Source of the DNA: Bdellovibrionota bacterium
Lineage (GTDB): Bacteria; Bdellovibrionota_C; UBA2361; CALJRW01
DNA: 64,000 nt
NCBI GenBank assembly: GCA_041740355.1
Contig: JBGSMD010000016.1
Coordinates: 128,001-192,000, forward strand
Direction: 5' to 3'
Shown here piece after piece: positions 62,762 through 64,000 of the stretch (positions are counted from its first letter, which is position 1; every line of letters begins with the position of its first letter). The translations under genes were made by a program, and so were the position numbers. The notes below the pieces were generated by a model, which saw only the letters and a program-made list of their open reading frames with translations, did no database searches and was not told the DNA's origin.

Positions 62762-63083
62762 TTTAGTCTGCAATTTAAAGTAATAGCATATAATGCCAAA
62801 ATAAATCTCTTTCGCGTATGATAAAGATCAGACGAAGTGGCTGTCTTTGGTTAACTTCTCTTACAAAATCCAGAATTTGGAATATTACATTATAAAGCTT
62901 AAGCAGTGAGGTTGATAAAGAATGATTAAATTTGACAGAGCCGTGATCTTTATCTTTTTTTTGTATTAACTATTATCAGGATTACTACTAAAATATTGAA
63001 TTAGAATTTACTTGATACTCGAGAAACACCGAATAATTCAAATTTTAGTTTAATCCAAGCCTTTTTAATATAAATAGATTAGT

Positions 63084-63785
63084 ATGCTATCCATGAAACA
63101 GTCATTGGAACATCGCCCGCTTGCGGAAGAAAGAATGGACTCTCTTGTTCTCTCTAAAAATGAAATGCTTGGCGTAGAGCAGGCTTTAAACCGCATAAAT
63201 TATCTCAGTGGCAACTTCTTTCGGATTGCGCACTGGTTACGTGACGAATACCGGAAGAAAAACTCAGCAGAGTTTTCCTTTGCTGATATTGGTTGTGGTG
63301 GAGGTGGTTTGCTTCGATATTTAGAAAGTTATGCCCGTAGAAATAATTTCAAAGTAAAGTTTTATGGGATAGATTTAAATGAAACTTTAATCTCGATCGC
63401 TAACTCTTATAATACGAAAGAAGAAAGCATTAATTATTCCAGAAATTGCTTAGAGCAAACAGACAGTACTTACTCACTTATCAATACTAATCTAGTTTTA
63501 CATCACTTGTTACCTGAAGAAATTCAAGCATTTCTTAAATTAACTAAAGAAAGAGCTACAGTTGGAACCCGCCATGAAGATTTACTGCGTTCTCGAAGAG
63601 GCTTATATTTGGCAAGTATTTTCCCAAAACTTGTTACAAAAAGTGCGGTTGTTCATCATGACGCCAAAGTTTCTGTTTATCGTTCCTACTCACGAGAACA
63701 GTGGAAACTGATGGCAAATGAATCTGGTTATGAATTTAAAGCAATCTTTCCGGAAAGAGCATTATTAACAACGAAAGTTAAATGA
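63084..63785 (+). CDS. Class I SAM-dependent methyltransferase
   Basis: EERMD, DIGCGGG, GIDLN, LVLHHL, DLLRS, HDAKVSV.RSY. Confidence 0.9.
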   Translation: MLSMKQSLEHRPLAEERMDSLVLSKNEMLGVEQALNRINYLSGNFFRIAHWLRDEYRKKNSAEFSFADIGCGGGGLLRYLESYARRNNFKVKFYGIDLNETLISIANSYNTKEESINYSRNCLEQTDSTYSLINTNLVLHHLLPEEIQAFLKLTKERATVGTRHEDLLRSRRGLYLASIFPKLVTKSAVVHHDAKVSVYRSYSREQWKLMANESGYEFKAIFPERALLTTKVK

Positions 63786-64000
63786 AATCTGCTTCGCCAA
63801 AAATAGCCATTATTGGTGCGGGGATTGCCGGAAGTTTTTTATCCTGCCTATTAGCAAAAAAGGGGTTTCAGAAAATTTCATTATTTGAAAAAAAATCACT
63901 TGTAGTTGATCATCTGCTAGGTAAAGTTTGTGGTGGATGTCTACATAAATCAGCTGTCAAAATTCTCAAAAAATACGATCTTGGTGAATTTATTCAGCCG
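63782..64000 (+). CDS. FAD-dependent oxidoreductase (partial, runs off right edge)
   Basis: Hand translation MKSASPKIAIIGAGIAGS...LFEK...KVCGGCL; 4-bp overlap with the methyltransferase stop. Confidence 0.88.
   Translation, partial: MKSASPKIAIIGAGIAGSFLSCLLAKKGFQKISLFEKKSLVVDHLLGKVCGGCLHKSAVKILKKYDLGEFIQP

Noticed and set aside
1-64000. tRNA, rRNA or transposase genes
   Set aside because: No cloverleaf or T-loop context, rRNA-like GC-rich tract, or DDE/HUH transposase ORF was recognised.

Overview
AT-rich bacterial chromosomal window. The gene content (many scattered pilins, GT-C glycosyltransferases, Cys-rich secreted proteins, DUF4105/DUF3015) suggests a Bdellovibrionota/deltaproteobacteria-like organism; this is inference only. 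Most of the window is a patchwork of stand-alone genes: proline iminopeptidase, azurin, pirin, M29 aminopeptidase, two PilT ATPases, a DUF3494 ice-binding-family protein, cytochrome c peroxidase, an arsR-arsC-acr3-arsD-arsA operon, two long Cys-repeat proteins, a B12/radical SAM enzyme, LuxR plus cytochrome b, and a methyltransferase plus FAD oxidoreductase. The standout is at 946-4830 (minus strand). A ~200-nt highly structured putative ncRNA closed by inverted repeats is followed by a reverse transcriptase with a YGDD motif and no retron, DGR, group II intron or Cas1 hallmarks. The RT is translationally coupled to a 780-aa flippase-like multi-TM protein with a degenerate GGDEF-like cytoplasmic part. 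A secreted two-HKD phospholipase D-family gene lies divergently, with a pilin beyond it. This is a candidate undescribed ncRNA-RT-membrane-effector system. Also found: an unannotated sigma54-driven 42-aa mini-pilin, two families of short intergenic repeats (REP-like and MITE-like), and a decayed pseudogene at the left edge. No rRNA, tRNA, CRISPR array or transposase was seen. All family calls are from motif recognition by eye; no searches were run.
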